Of a stretch of 64,000 nucleotides of DNA, positions 19,018 to 29,174 are shown piece after piece. The DNA is from Cyanobacteria bacterium P01_D01_bin.156 (GTDB lineage: Bacteria > Cyanobacteriota > Cyanobacteriia > Phormidesmidales > Phormidesmidaceae), in assembly GCA_039024555.1 (NCBI GenBank), contig JBCCQQ010000017.1, positions 1-64,000 of the forward strand. The letters are read 5' to 3'. Below the pieces are notes generated by a model. It did not search any database. It saw only the letters and a list, made by a program, of their open reading frames with translations, and had not been told where the DNA came from. The position numbers and the translations under genes are program-made. How positions within the stretch are numbered: position 1 is the first letter of the stretch; every line of letters starts with the position of its first letter.

Positions 19018-20365
19018 AAATGTCTGCCTGAGACGGTAAGTCGGTTTGCCATGTGGCCTTCTGATATAGCGGCTGAGCGGCTTCAATGGCGGCCCATTGT
19101 ACTCGTTTCCAGCTAATACTCTGGTCACGGGCTAACTGGGCACAGACTTCGTATTCGGGTTGGAGATTAATTACGGGGCCGCTAGGGGTGGCTAAGCCGG
19201 CTTTGATCGCGACAGCGCCGTAGGCCGTATTGACTGAACGCCATGTGCGATACAGTGTGCGTCGCTGCTGTACCGTGCAGCGAATTCCCAGTGTAGTGGT
19301 TTCAGTAAAGATCAAAGTCTGGCAGGTATCTAGCGTTGCACGGTTGCAAAGCACTGTTAATAAAATTCCGGGTCGATTTTTTTTCATGCCGATGGCCTGG
19401 GTAAAAACGTCCAAGGCTCCTGCTTCAAAGAGTCCATCATAGAGATAGCCAATAGCCTGGGGCGTGAGATCGTCGAGCTGAGTTTGTAATTCAACGACGG
19501 TTTCTAGATAGCCAGTCGCATGGGGAGATGATGAGGCGCTAGATGCTGTGGATGCCTCTGCGGCAACCTGGTCATGATGGTTGTCTTGTGGATGGTGGTG
19601 ATGGTAGACATGAGCCTGTTGGGGCCTCTCCGTTGAAGATGTGGCTGTGCCGATCCATAACCTGAGGATGTTGGGAATAGGTAACTCGTGGCTACCTGCA
19701 CCCAAGCCTACCTTTTGTAACGTCATGTTGGGGGAAGGGCCAAAGGATTGACTGAGGGCGGTTGCGATCGCAGCTCCTGTGGGTGTCACCAGTTCTTTTT
19801 CAATGCCATTGCTATAGATGGGGGCCTGAGCCCGCCGCAGTAATTCCAAAACGGCTGGTGCGGGTACCGGTAATCGCCCATGGGCCGCCTTTACAGTGCC
19901 GCCGCCCACCGGAACAGATGAACATACCACCTTATCAATGCCGAACCAATGCAGTCCTAAACAGGTGCCCACCACATCTACTAGGGCATCCGTAGCGCCC
20001 ACCTCATGAAAATGTACCTGGTCCGTTGGAATACCGTGGACAGCGGCCTCTGCAGCTGCTAACTCTCGAAAAATTGCCAAACTCCACTGCACTACTTGAT
20101 CGGGTAAGTTAGCCTGCTGAATCAGGGCTTCAATATCCGGTAAATGTCGGTGACCGTGGGCATGCCCCAATTTGATGGCTACTAATGTCGCTGCTTGTTC
20201 CTGACGCTTGACGGGGGTCACTGTAAACTCATACTCATCCTCCAAACCTAACCCTTTGAGCTGAGTGAGTAATGTGGCCAGCGGCATACCGGCTGACAAG
20301 ATTGCACCAAGACACATATTGCCAGCGATGCCCGTCGGGCAATCAAAATATGCAATCTTTTCCAT
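18992..20365 (-). CDS. larC: Nickel pincer cofactor biosynthesis protein LarC
   Basis: IAYFDCPTGIAGNM, HFHEVGATDALVD, ELVTPTGAAI, MKKNRPG, ETTTLGIR, PEYE, His-rich linker. Likely start is MEKIAY at 20365. Confidence 0.93.
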   Translation of the reverse strand: MEKIAYFDCPTGIAGNMCLGAILSAGMPLATLLTQLKGLGLEDEYEFTVTPVKRQEQAATLVAIKLGHAHGHRHLPDIEALIQQANLPDQVVQWSLAIFRELAAAEAAVHGIPTDQVHFHEVGATDALVDVVGTCLGLHWFGIDKVVCSSVPVGGGTVKAAHGRLPVPAPAVLELLRRAQAPIYSNGIEKELVTPTGAAIATALSQSFGPSPNMTLQKVGLGAGSHELPIPNILRLWIGTATSSTERPQQAHVYHHHHPQDNHHDQVAAEASTASSASSSPHATGYLETVVELQTQLDDLTPQAIGYLYDGLFEAGALDVFTQAIGMKKNRPGILLTVLCNRATLDTCQTLIFTETTTLGIRCTVQQRRTLYRTWRSVNTAYGAVAIKAGLATPSGPVINLQPEYEVCAQLARDQSISWKRVQWAAIEAAQPLYQKATWQTDLPSQADISNHLGSED

Positions 20366-20900
20366 AGCTTTATTGATTCTCCCCTGAACGCCAATTTTTC
20401 CTACATACTCTTTACGCTGGGCTGCCGTAAAATCACCGGACAAGCTGCCGTATTTACGTAGCTATTAAATAGTGCAACATGTCAGGGAATTATTGGATAA
20501 GGACACGGCTTATCAACGATTTTTTGATATGTCGAGCTCCATCGAATAAACTGCAACTGTCACACCTATAAAAATAGACTTAAAAGATAGACTATCTACT
20601 CAACTGTCACAGTCAAGGACGTCGCCTTTAGTTAACTAAACGTGTCTACCTTAATGTTTAAGTCATCTACCAAACGACCATCCAGTAAGTTTTTTAGAGT
20701 TATTGATGCCCTACATTTTCGAGCAGCATCCGGTCCTTAAACAGACTCTATGTCAATTTGGTTTGGATAGTGACACACTGGCTTTAGATTCCAGATTGAG
20801 TCCCTTTACAGTGAAACTGTCCACTAAGGACAGCTCTACAGCTCCAACTGCCAACTGAACAGCTCCTCGATAAGACGGGGCGTGCATCACTAAGGGAATT

Positions 20901-22217
20901 ATGAAAGCTCAATCTACCGTTAGATCTGTATTAAACCTAACTACTCATACTGCAACTAATACTAGTAACGTCGTTTTGCATCCTACGGCGGACTCTGTTA
21001 AGCCACCTGAGAATGAAGCGACTAACCATGAAAGCGAACTCTGCCCTGTCGATCAGAAGCTAGTTAGCTTTTTGGTGGAGATGCTGCAAACCCAGGTTAA
21101 AGGTAGCCATCGAACTGTGCATGCTGTGGCCAATCGTTTGGCCATTGAAGTGGCTAGAATCTGTCGCAAAAGCGATCGCATTCAAGCCTCTGGTGAAGTT
21201 GAAGCCTGGCAGCATTCTTTAGCGGAAAATCGAATTCAGAAATATTTGGAATACTATCGCCTCGGTTCTCGCCAAGGGCGTGTGGAGCTCCAAAGTCGTC
21301 TAAGTGCGATTGCCTATCGCTATATTGCTCCAGCTAAAACTCAGCTTGGCTTCCAAGGGCGTTGTACGCTTTTGGAGGACTTTCTCCAAGGTTTTTACAT
21401 CGAAGTGCTGAAGGCGTTTCGCCGAGAAAATCATCTAGAGGCTGACTACACTCCTAGAACCCGACTGGAACTGGCAGAATACATGGCCTTTTCCGAACAG
21501 TATGCAAAGCGACGGATTTCATTGCCAGGCTGCTATAACCAACAGCTTTTGGTATTGAGAGCTCAAAGCTTTGCAAAGCGATTACCGGCTGAGACCTGTG
21601 TTGATATTGAGATGGCGGTTGACTCACCTAAAAGTGACGACGCTGACTCTCGCTCATCGGCGCTTCAGCAAATTCGCGAACAGATGGTGGCCGATGTGAC
21701 CGATCCAGCAGAAGCTGTGTTGCGCGATCGCATTATCCGTGAGCTAGTAGATTATCTGGAAGAGCAGGATCAGCATGCCTGTATCGATTACCTAACTCTG
21801 CGGCTGCAGGATATGGCCGCTTCTGAAATTGATGAAGTGCTTGGTCTAACTCCTCGACAAAGAGATTATCTACAACAGCGCTTTAAGTACCATGTCGAAA
21901 AATTTGCTCAATCCCATAACTGGGAGTTAGTCCATCAATGGCTAGGGGCGGATTTAGATAAAAATTTAGGCCTATCGCCTAAAGAGTGGACCCTGTTTAT
22001 TGGCCAACTAACCGATGAACAAAAACAGCTACTGGCCTTAAAGCAACAGCAAATGCAAGATCCTAAGCGGGCTATCCCATCCGATATGGATATTGCACAG
22101 CAGCTGGGCTGGACCCAAAAACGGGTGCAGCGTCGCTGGAGTCAGATCGTTTCCAGTGCTTGGAAGTTACGGAACACTAATCGCTCAGTCAAGGAAGTCA
22201 CTAAATCGGAGAGCTAA
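20901..22217 (+). CDS. HetZ-related HTH/sigma-like regulator
   Basis: EVARIC.KS.RIQ.SG, YYRLGSRQGRVEL, LAEYMAFSEQYAKRRI, LGLTPRQRDYLQQRFKYH and WELVHQWLGA resemble the HetZ family. Confidence 0.8.
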   Translation: MKAQSTVRSVLNLTTHTATNTSNVVLHPTADSVKPPENEATNHESELCPVDQKLVSFLVEMLQTQVKGSHRTVHAVANRLAIEVARICRKSDRIQASGEVEAWQHSLAENRIQKYLEYYRLGSRQGRVELQSRLSAIAYRYIAPAKTQLGFQGRCTLLEDFLQGFYIEVLKAFRRENHLEADYTPRTRLELAEYMAFSEQYAKRRISLPGCYNQQLLVLRAQSFAKRLPAETCVDIEMAVDSPKSDDADSRSSALQQIREQMVADVTDPAEAVLRDRIIRELVDYLEEQDQHACIDYLTLRLQDMAASEIDEVLGLTPRQRDYLQQRFKYHVEKFAQSHNWELVHQWLGADLDKNLGLSPKEWTLFIGQLTDEQKQLLALKQQQMQDPKRAIPSDMDIAQQLGWTQKRVQRRWSQIVSSAWKLRNTNRSVKEVTKSES

Positions 22218-22255
22218 CTTTATTCGCCCCAAAAGACTTCCTTGAGTGCATGCCC

Positions 22256-22285
22256 AAAGCCTCCGCAAGCCGGAGGCTTTTCTTT
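22256..22285 (+). terminator. Intrinsic terminator after the HetZ-related gene
   Basis: AAAGCCTCCG-CAAGC-CGGAGGCTTT followed by TCTTT. Confidence 0.8.
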
Positions 22286-22639
22286 GTGGCTTTGCTGGTT
22301 GAGGACATGAACTGATCAATAAAACCGGTTATGGATTTGGATGTAATAGATAACATCATCCCAAGGATTAGCAGCGCCTCTTTTTAAGTGATTGAGTCAG
22401 CTGCGGCTTGGCTCACGTCACGTCTGGTTGGGCTGGCGTTTCTGATTTAGTCCATAGCCCAACTGCGCCTCATTCACTAGAATTCGACAACAGGCAGTAC
22501 AAACTGCATAGTCTGCAGTTTGTATGGCTAATACACAGCATTAGAACTCTCGAATAGCAGTCTAGAACGCCTAAGAACTATCTCTGAGAGAACTTTAATG
22601 CCGCGCTCCCAGTATTAGTCAGGGTTGATAAAACTTCAT

Positions 22640-23362
22640 TCAGACTTCGCTGGTTTCAGGTGTGGTTGAGGGAGGCTCAAACTTGTAGCCGACGCCTCGA
22701 ACGGTTTGAATCAGTGTGGGTTGGTTGGTATCAATCTCAATCTTTTTGCGGATTTGTCCAATGTGCACATCGACAACGCGCTGGTCTCCCACATATTCGT
22801 AGTCCCATACCTTTTGAATAAGCTCGGTTCTACGCCACACTCGTCCTGGATGGCTCGCTAGGAAATGCAACAGGTCAAATTCTAATGCCGTTAGGGGGAC
22901 TAGTTGGCTCTCTAGAGTAACTTCCCGACGAATTGGGTCAATAGCTAGAGAATTGAAGGTGAGACACTGTTGTTCAGCTGCTGTGACGGGTCGCTGCCGC
23001 TTGAGGATGGCTCCTACCCTAACCTCTAGTTCACCCAGACTAAAGGGCTTTGTAATGTAGTCATCAGCCCCTTGGTTGAATCCGTGGATTTTATCTGATT
23101 CATCGGTGCGGCTTGTGAGCATCAGCACAAACACACCCGTACGAGTCTGCATTTCCTTGCACAGATCATAGCCATTGGCATCAGGTAAATTGACGTCCAA
23201 AATAACTAAATCAGGATTGAATTGTTCAAATACGGCCAAAGCGTGTTTACCATCTTCTGCAGATTCCATTTCATAGGACTGCTTGGCTAAAAAGCGATGG
23301 ATCAGATTACGGATGGCAGGGTCATCATCAACAACTAAAATTTTGGCAGAGGCCGTGGTCAT
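22640..23362 (-). CDS. OmpR/PhoB-family response regulator (no adjacent kinase)
   Basis: KILVVDDD, LVILDVNLP, GADDYITKPF, VDVHIGQIRKKIE, IQTVRGVGYKF. Confidence 0.95.
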   Translation of the reverse strand: MTTASAKILVVDDDPAIRNLIHRFLAKQSYEMESAEDGKHALAVFEQFNPDLVILDVNLPDANGYDLCKEMQTRTGVFVLMLTSRTDESDKIHGFNQGADDYITKPFSLGELEVRVGAILKRQRPVTAAEQQCLTFNSLAIDPIRREVTLESQLVPLTALEFDLLHFLASHPGRVWRRTELIQKVWDYEYVGDQRVVDVHIGQIRKKIEIDTNQPTLIQTVRGVGYKFEPPSTTPETSEV

Positions 23363-23974
23363 AATCCTTACACCAAAAAAAAATACGAATCTAGGTAAAA
23401 AGCGTAAAAATAAAACTAGCGTTGCTACTCTTGGAAAAACCTAGCCTTTAAGAAGATATGTGGATAGGGGACTCCAATCTAGGCTAGTTTATTCTCCAAA
23501 TTAGCAACGACATAAATCTTACTGAGGTTTAGATTGCCCATGAGGGCGTATCTAGAGTCCTATTTCACAAGTTTTCAATAACTTCAGAGAAGTTTTATAG
23601 GGCTTCCACACCTTATCAAAAAATTTTGTTAAAAGTAGGTGGTTCATCCAGACCTGTCAACAGGTACTCACCTGGCTAAGCTCAACCGGTTACACAGGGT
23701 GATGTAGCCAGTGTCAAATAGACTAAAGCTAAGAATATTAAAGATGGTAGCCATTATAAATATGGGAGCAAAGTGCCATCAGGATAAACAAAGAAACTTC
23801 TAAAAAGTTATCTGACATTTCTGCAATACTGGATGTTTTTTTGTCAGGATAGTTAGACTGATAGCTATCATGAGCAGTGATTTTTTTGATGTTCGATATC
23901 CTATCTATGGAGTGAACGTCGTATGATCGCTGTAAAGATCGTCTTGATGGCTGCCATATGTACCAGGTGTTGAC

Positions 23975-24592
23975 ATGAATGAAAGCAACTATAAAACGTT
24001 GGGATTGGATGAGTCATCGTCTTTTGAAGAGGTGCAGGTGGCTCGGAAACGTCTTTTAGAAGAGTGTCCAGACGATCCCAAGCAGAAAGAAACTATTGAA
24101 GCTGCCTACGATGCCATTTTGATGGAACGGCTGAGGATGCGTCAGGAAGGCAAAATAAAAGTGCCCGATCGCATTCGCTTTGCGGAAAAAGCGGCTGACA
24201 CTTCTCTCCCTAAATCTGGAGTTTCCTTGCCTGCTCCTCAGCCTCCTAACTGGCTGCAGGACTGGTTGGATAATCCCAGCCGAGACGATGTGCTCTGGCC
24301 ATCAGTCATGTTTTTGGCCCTATCTGCCCTGGCCTGGTTTTCCGTTAGCAGTGCGGCAACTGCTTTGGGGTTTGCTGTCGCTGCGACCATCTTTTTTATC
24401 AATCGTAAAGAACGTAAGTTTTGGCGTTCGTTGGGATTTGCAACGGGTGGTTTGGTTGTAGGTGTGCTCCTGGGCTTGGTGGCTATTAACTTGGTTGGTC
24501 AAAGTGTGAGCCTATCTCCAGAGCGCGTCAATGCTGTGGTGGCCATCATCACTACGACCCTGTTGTGGTTTGTCAGTTGCTTTTTACGGTAG
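23975..24592 (+). CDS. CPP1-like (J-like domain) membrane protein, DUF3353 type
   Basis: YKTLGL....SFEEVQ.AR, IEAAYDAILMERLRMRQEGKIKVPDRIRF, C-terminal TM helices. Confidence 0.85.
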   Translation: MNESNYKTLGLDESSSFEEVQVARKRLLEECPDDPKQKETIEAAYDAILMERLRMRQEGKIKVPDRIRFAEKAADTSLPKSGVSLPAPQPPNWLQDWLDNPSRDDVLWPSVMFLALSALAWFSVSSAATALGFAVAATIFFINRKERKFWRSLGFATGGLVVGVLLGLVAINLVGQSVSLSPERVNAVVAIITTTLLWFVSCFLR

Positions 24593-25409
24593 TCGTTTGC
24601 CGTAGCTTTTGCCGCTTGGTTATTGCGGTTGCGATCGCTTGATCGCTTGATTTTGCTACGTAGCTATGGGGTGGGTATCGGTCTACGTGGCGAAATATAG
24701 TAATGGGCTGGGCTGTACGGCAGGTATAAAATTCCACCACCACCTTTCCATTGTTTAGAGCGTGAACCCTTGGCATCAGGCTTTTGGGCGTTTCCATACG
24801 CCACTTCCATTGACACTGGGCAGGAATGGCCCCAATTAAATGATGGTGTTGCCAGCGATGGAAGTGGCCACAGCGACCAAACTCCCGTAGTTCTCGCTGT
24901 AAAACTGAAGCAACTACAAAGGAGCCTGCTGTCCAGTTTCCAGTGATAGCATTCATGTAGTTGAATAATGCCCCTTCTGGGTATGGAGGCGTATTGTGGT
25001 CACCTGCACTGGTTAATGCTGCTTCTAGGTGGGATGTGGTGCTGAACTTATTTGCCATTGCCCAGGTAACAGCTCCCCCGTGACTACTGTTTGCCTTACG
25101 AATACGGTAGAGGTAAGTTACCAAGCAATAATCGGGCTTTAGGGAAATTCCTGGTAGCTGCTGGAGAGCTGTACTGGGATCTACTGTGCTAATAAACCAA
25201 CGGCCTTCAGCATTTGGGGTAGAGCCTTCAACGTGACTGATGCCTCCTTTTCGAAAAAGATTCCCCAGGCTAGCTAGGGAGTCTGGTTCTGGCATATCTG
25301 CCCAAGCTTCACCATCAGGAATGTGTTCACAGGTTGGTAAGACTAACTGTTGCTGCAGAGAGCGTCTTAATGACTGTAGAGCCTTGATGGAAAACTGCTG
25401 TGACAACAT
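24573..25409 (-). CDS. Hypothetical protein
   Basis: 278-aa ATG-initiated ORF that overlaps the convergent gene by 20 bp. No motif recognised. Confidence 0.7.
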   Translation of the reverse strand: MLSQQFSIKALQSLRRSLQQQLVLPTCEHIPDGEAWADMPEPDSLASLGNLFRKGGISHVEGSTPNAEGRWFISTVDPSTALQQLPGISLKPDYCLVTYLYRIRKANSSHGGAVTWAMANKFSTTSHLEAALTSAGDHNTPPYPEGALFNYMNAITGNWTAGSFVVASVLQRELREFGRCGHFHRWQHHHLIGAIPAQCQWKWRMETPKSLMPRVHALNNGKVVVEFYTCRTAQPITIFRHVDRYPPHSYVAKSSDQAIATAITKRQKLRQTTTVKSN

Positions 25410-25495
25410 GGCTGAGGATCACCTAATCCCTGGGCGTGCAGGCTGCAATCTGATCTGGTTACTACTGTACACCGTTTAGAACGTTGGTCAGATGT

Positions 25496-26593
25496 TCAAC
25501 CACCTGCGGAGACAGAAAGCCAAGTCTGCTGGCTATGGGCTTGGTGAGTAAGATCCATCAGTCGTTGAGAATGCACACCTTCCGCCAGTGAGGGGGCAAC
25601 AGATTGCTGGTTGTCGATACAGGATACCCAGTGATCTACCACACGAATAAAGGGGGCAAGTCTGCCATCGTCATACAGCTTAGGAAACGCCAGACGTTCT
25701 GGAATATCCAGGGGCGCCAAGGGCGCACCGGACTGGGACCCTGATAACGTAAAACCGTGAATGTAGTCTTTTTGATTGGCATTCCCCAAAACCAAGGTGC
25801 CTTTTTCTCCATAGACTTCTACCCAATGCCCCCGCCCTGACAAAGCAACTGCACTCAAGGTGACTTGCACAGGAGTGCCATCAACTAGTTCTAGGCTGAT
25901 ACTGCAGGTATCATCAGAGTCCACGGGTTTATGTTCCCCAGATACCGGATCGGGACGCTGGGTAATGGTGGTACTAAGATTGGCCGAGAGACGTTTAACT
26001 GGGCCAAACAGCCAGTCAACATAGTCGAACATGTGAGAGCCGATGGAGCCCAGGGCACCGCCTCCTTGATCCTTAAGGGCATACCAGTTCCAGGCACGTT
26101 CAGGATTGGCTCGACTACCGGCAATCCAGTCAATTTTAATCAGCCGTTTGGGGCCAACATAATCCTCTTGAAGTAACTCTGCTAAACGTTGCCACGCCGG
26201 AATAAAGCGAAACTCGAAATCCATGACTGCGGCAACGGCCTGCTGCTGTGCCAGGGTGTGTAGTGCCTGGGCTTCTTGCACGTTTAGGGCAGTAGGTTTT
26301 TCTAGCAATAGATGTTTGCCCGCCTGCAAGACAGTCTTAGCCATTGGGTAATGGGCAAAAGGAGGTGTAGCGATGCTGACGGCCTTTACTTCTGGAAGGG
26401 CTACCACTGATTCAAGCGTGTTACAAGCATGGGGAATACCGTGACGTTCAGCGATGGTTTGGGCTTTGGTGCGATCGCGATGATAGACAGCCACCACATT
26501 GGTGCGATGGTGAGCTTTGAACCCTGGAATGTGGATTTTTTGGCCAAACCCGGTACCAACAACAGCAACACCAATGGACGTTTGAGTCATCAC
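25496..26593 (-). CDS. Gfo/Idh/MocA family oxidoreductase
   Basis: VAVVGTGFG, SIATPP..H, GKHLLLEKP, GGGALGSIGSH. Confidence 0.93.
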   Translation of the reverse strand: MMTQTSIGVAVVGTGFGQKIHIPGFKAHHRTNVVAVYHRDRTKAQTIAERHGIPHACNTLESVVALPEVKAVSIATPPFAHYPMAKTVLQAGKHLLLEKPTALNVQEAQALHTLAQQQAVAAVMDFEFRFIPAWQRLAELLQEDYVGPKRLIKIDWIAGSRANPERAWNWYALKDQGGGALGSIGSHMFDYVDWLFGPVKRLSANLSTTITQRPDPVSGEHKPVDSDDTCSISLELVDGTPVQVTLSAVALSGRGHWVEVYGEKGTLVLGNANQKDYIHGFTLSGSQSGAPLAPLDIPERLAFPKLYDDGRLAPFIRVVDHWVSCIDNQQSVAPSLAEGVHSQRLMDLTHQAHSQQTWLSVSAGG

Positions 26594-26737
26594 ACGACGG
26601 AACTAGGGATCAGTAATTGAGAGAATTGAAAAAGACTCTCGGGTACCTAGACTAGCGATAAGGGGGGACATCTCGCTAGCGGTTGCCCGTATTGTGGGAA
26701 GATTAACAGAACGTTACATGTGCTTTATTGCCCAGCC

Positions 26738-27115
26738 ATGAATTACTACTACTTTTTTACGCCCCCCTACTTTTTTATGGTGGCTGGTCTTTTTATTGCG
26801 GTGACCTCAGGTGCTGCTTTTAGTGCTGTGCTCAAAGACATTGTTGCAGCGTGGCGCAAAACTCAATCGGCTGAAGTTGTCAAAAAATTAGGTGGCCTCA
26901 ACATTCAGCTACCATTTTTTGGCATTTGTGCCGGTACTGCAATTTTTCTGGCATCAGGCCTGGGATGTTTTGGTACTCCCACATGGTTGTCCTATGCAGT
27001 AGCAGCCCCATTAACATTTCTCAGTGCGGGACTGGTATGGAGACAACTTAGAAGTAATTTAGCTTTATTAGAAAGTGGCCAACCTCGAGCATTTGAACTC
27101 GATTTCTTCCAGTAG
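26738..27115 (+). CDS. Small membrane protein
   Basis: Three hydrophobic segments, PPYFFMVAGLFIAVTSG. Likely start is the ATG at 26738. Confidence 0.75.
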   Translation: MNYYYFFTPPYFFMVAGLFIAVTSGAAFSAVLKDIVAAWRKTQSAEVVKKLGGLNIQLPFFGICAGTAIFLASGLGCFGTPTWLSYAVAAPLTFLSAGLVWRQLRSNLALLESGQPRAFELDFFQ

Positions 27116-27204
27116 ATAAGGCCAATAGATCAGATTTGATGGGTGCTCTCAATAGTTTGTGAGTACCCCGTTGTACATCATGTATTTGAAATAATCAGCA
27201 GAGC

Positions 27205-28065
27205 TTAGGGGCGAAGGCGATCTAGCTGAGCTTGCGTATTGGTGATCCACTCACTTCGGCCCTGATTTATGTATAGATTAAGGGCTTGCTGTAAAACCCG
27301 TTCGGCTTCCTCTGGCCGATTTGACTGAGCCAGGGCCACACCCTTGGAATAATAGGCATGCCCAAAGGAGGGATATAGCTGAATTGAACGGTCAAAATGT
27401 TCTAAAGCCTTATCAGTCATACCTTTACCCAAGTAGGCAATGCCTAAGCTGTAGTGAGCTTCGGGATAATTGTTGTCTAGCTCAACAGCCGTTTCCAGGG
27501 CTTGAACAGCTCCTTCTAACTGATTGTCCTGCATGTAGAGTAGGCCAATTTGGTAATGCACCTCAGGTGCCTGGGGACTATGGCTGGCGGCGGCTATAAA
27601 AGACTCTAGAGCAACTGCTAATTTCCCCTGACGACGCTGCACTAAGCCTAAATTGTAGTGAGCTAGCCCTAGCTGAGGATCAAGGGCTACGGCTCGTTTA
27701 AGGTAGCTTTCTGCCTGGTTAACATTTCCACCATCAAGCAATGCTGCCCCAAGATTCACGTAGGCCATGGTGAATTGTGGATCTGCTTGGGTAGCTTGCC
27801 AAAAAGCATCGGCAGCGGCTTGCATCTGACGTTGTTCACGATAGGCCAAACCCAAGTTGTAATGGGCGATGGCTAATGTGGGGTCGAGGGCGATTGCCCT
27901 TTGAAACGATGCGATCGCAGCCTCTAATTGTCCCTGCTGGACATAGATGACGCCCTGCTCAACAGCAGCTTCAGCACTACGTACACCTTGAGAAAACGCG
28001 GGCTTAGAAGCAGCGAGGCTCAGTGCGAGCAACAGCGGTATTCCATAGCGGTGACCTAGGTTCAT
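27205..28065 (-). CDS. Exported tetratricopeptide-repeat protein
   Basis: Signal peptide (..SKPAFS|Q) and about seven TPRs (AHYNLGLAY, AYVNLGAAL). Likely start 28065; the track gives 28134. Confidence 0.9.
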   Translation of the reverse strand: MNLGHRYGIPLLLALSLAASKPAFSQGVRSAEAAVEQGVIYVQQGQLEAAIASFQRAIALDPTLAIAHYNLGLAYREQRQMQAAADAFWQATQADPQFTMAYVNLGAALLDGGNVNQAESYLKRAVALDPQLGLAHYNLGLVQRRQGKLAVALESFIAAASHSPQAPEVHYQIGLLYMQDNQLEGAVQALETAVELDNNYPEAHYSLGIAYLGKGMTDKALEHFDRSIQLYPSFGHAYYSKGVALAQSNRPEEAERVLQQALNLYINQGRSEWITNTQAQLDRLRP

Positions 28066-28444
28066 TGAGTATTTCCCAAAACTAACTGACTGACCTAGCA
28101 AATAAAATCGCCCTACATCAAGGGCTTCAGGCATATGACTTGCCCTATCACTGCTTAATAAAAGCTTTAGTTGAATAAGCGCAAATATCTGCCGAACATG
28201 TTAGGCAAACCGTGTCTTATCACAGTGCGACGTAAAACTTTGCAGTAACTTTATTAAGAATATCTGAAATTACACAGAATATTGGTTCATAGCGTACCAC
28301 CTAACCCCAGTAATTGTACTGATAAGGTTGTGATGTAAAAGCTAAAAATGTTGCGTAGGGGAGCTGGTTAATACAGGCACCTAGGGAATACCGCTCTTTT
28401 AAGTCAGGCTTTGTTAACAAAATGCGCAGGGTATAGGTAATCCT

Positions 28445-29161
28445 TTAGCCAGCTAAGGCACTGTAGCTCAACTCATTTGGGTCCATGTGGGCATTGACGA
28501 CTTGGCCGTCGCGGAACCACACTATCCGTTGCGTTAACCTCGCCACGGCTGGTTCATGGGTGACCATGACGACGGTAATACCAGCTTGATTTAGGTCCGC
28601 GAAAATCGCCATGACCTCTTCGGTGGTAGCGGTATCTAATGCCCCGGTTGGCTCATCGGCTAGTAATAACAACGGTTGGTTAACAATCGCCCGAGCAATC
28701 GCTACCCGTTGTTGCTGTCCCCCGGAAAGCTGGCTGGGTTTGTTGGTTAGCCGGTTAGCCAGACCTACTTTCTCGAGGGCATCTGCTGCCCGCTGACGAC
28801 GTTCTGTTGGGGGGACGCCGCCATAGACCATCGGCAAAGCAACATTGTCCATGGCGCTGAGCTGAGGTAATAGGTGAAACTGTTGGAATACGAAGCCAAT
28901 TTTACGATTGCGAATCATGGCCAGGGTATCGTCGTCTAGGTGAGCGACATCTTGTCCATCAAAAAAGTATTGCCCCTGGGTGGGTCGATCTAAACAGCCA
29001 ATGACATTCATGGCGGTGGATTTCCCCGAACCTGATGGGCCCATAATCGAGCAATAGTCGCCCTGATTGATGGTCAGGTTTACATCCCATAGGGCTTTCA
29101 CTTCTGTGTTGTCGCTGCCGTAGATTTTGGAGATGTTGTTTAAGTTGATCAGTGAGGACAT
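28445..29161 (-). CDS. ABC transporter ATP-binding protein (MacB/LolD type)
   Basis: [38 protein letters not shown]. Confidence 0.95.
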   Translation of the reverse strand: MSSLINLNNISKIYGSDNTEVKALWDVNLTINQGDYCSIMGPSGSGKSTAMNVIGCLDRPTQGQYFFDGQDVAHLDDDTLAMIRNRKIGFVFQQFHLLPQLSAMDNVALPMVYGGVPPTERRQRAADALEKVGLANRLTNKPSQLSGGQQQRVAIARAIVNQPLLLLADEPTGALDTATTEEVMAIFADLNQAGITVVMVTHEPAVARLTQRIVWFRDGQVVNAHMDPNELSYSALAG

Positions 29162-29174
29162 GGCAATGACAGGC

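Noticed and set aside
23563..23600. HLR1 (RpaB)-like direct repeats upstream of the response regulator
   Set aside because: Too many mismatches to (G/T)TTACA(T/A)(T/A) to support.
25496..26593. Biliverdin reductase (bvdR) assignment
   Set aside because: Only family-level Gfo/Idh/MocA motifs are recognisable; nothing supports the specific call.
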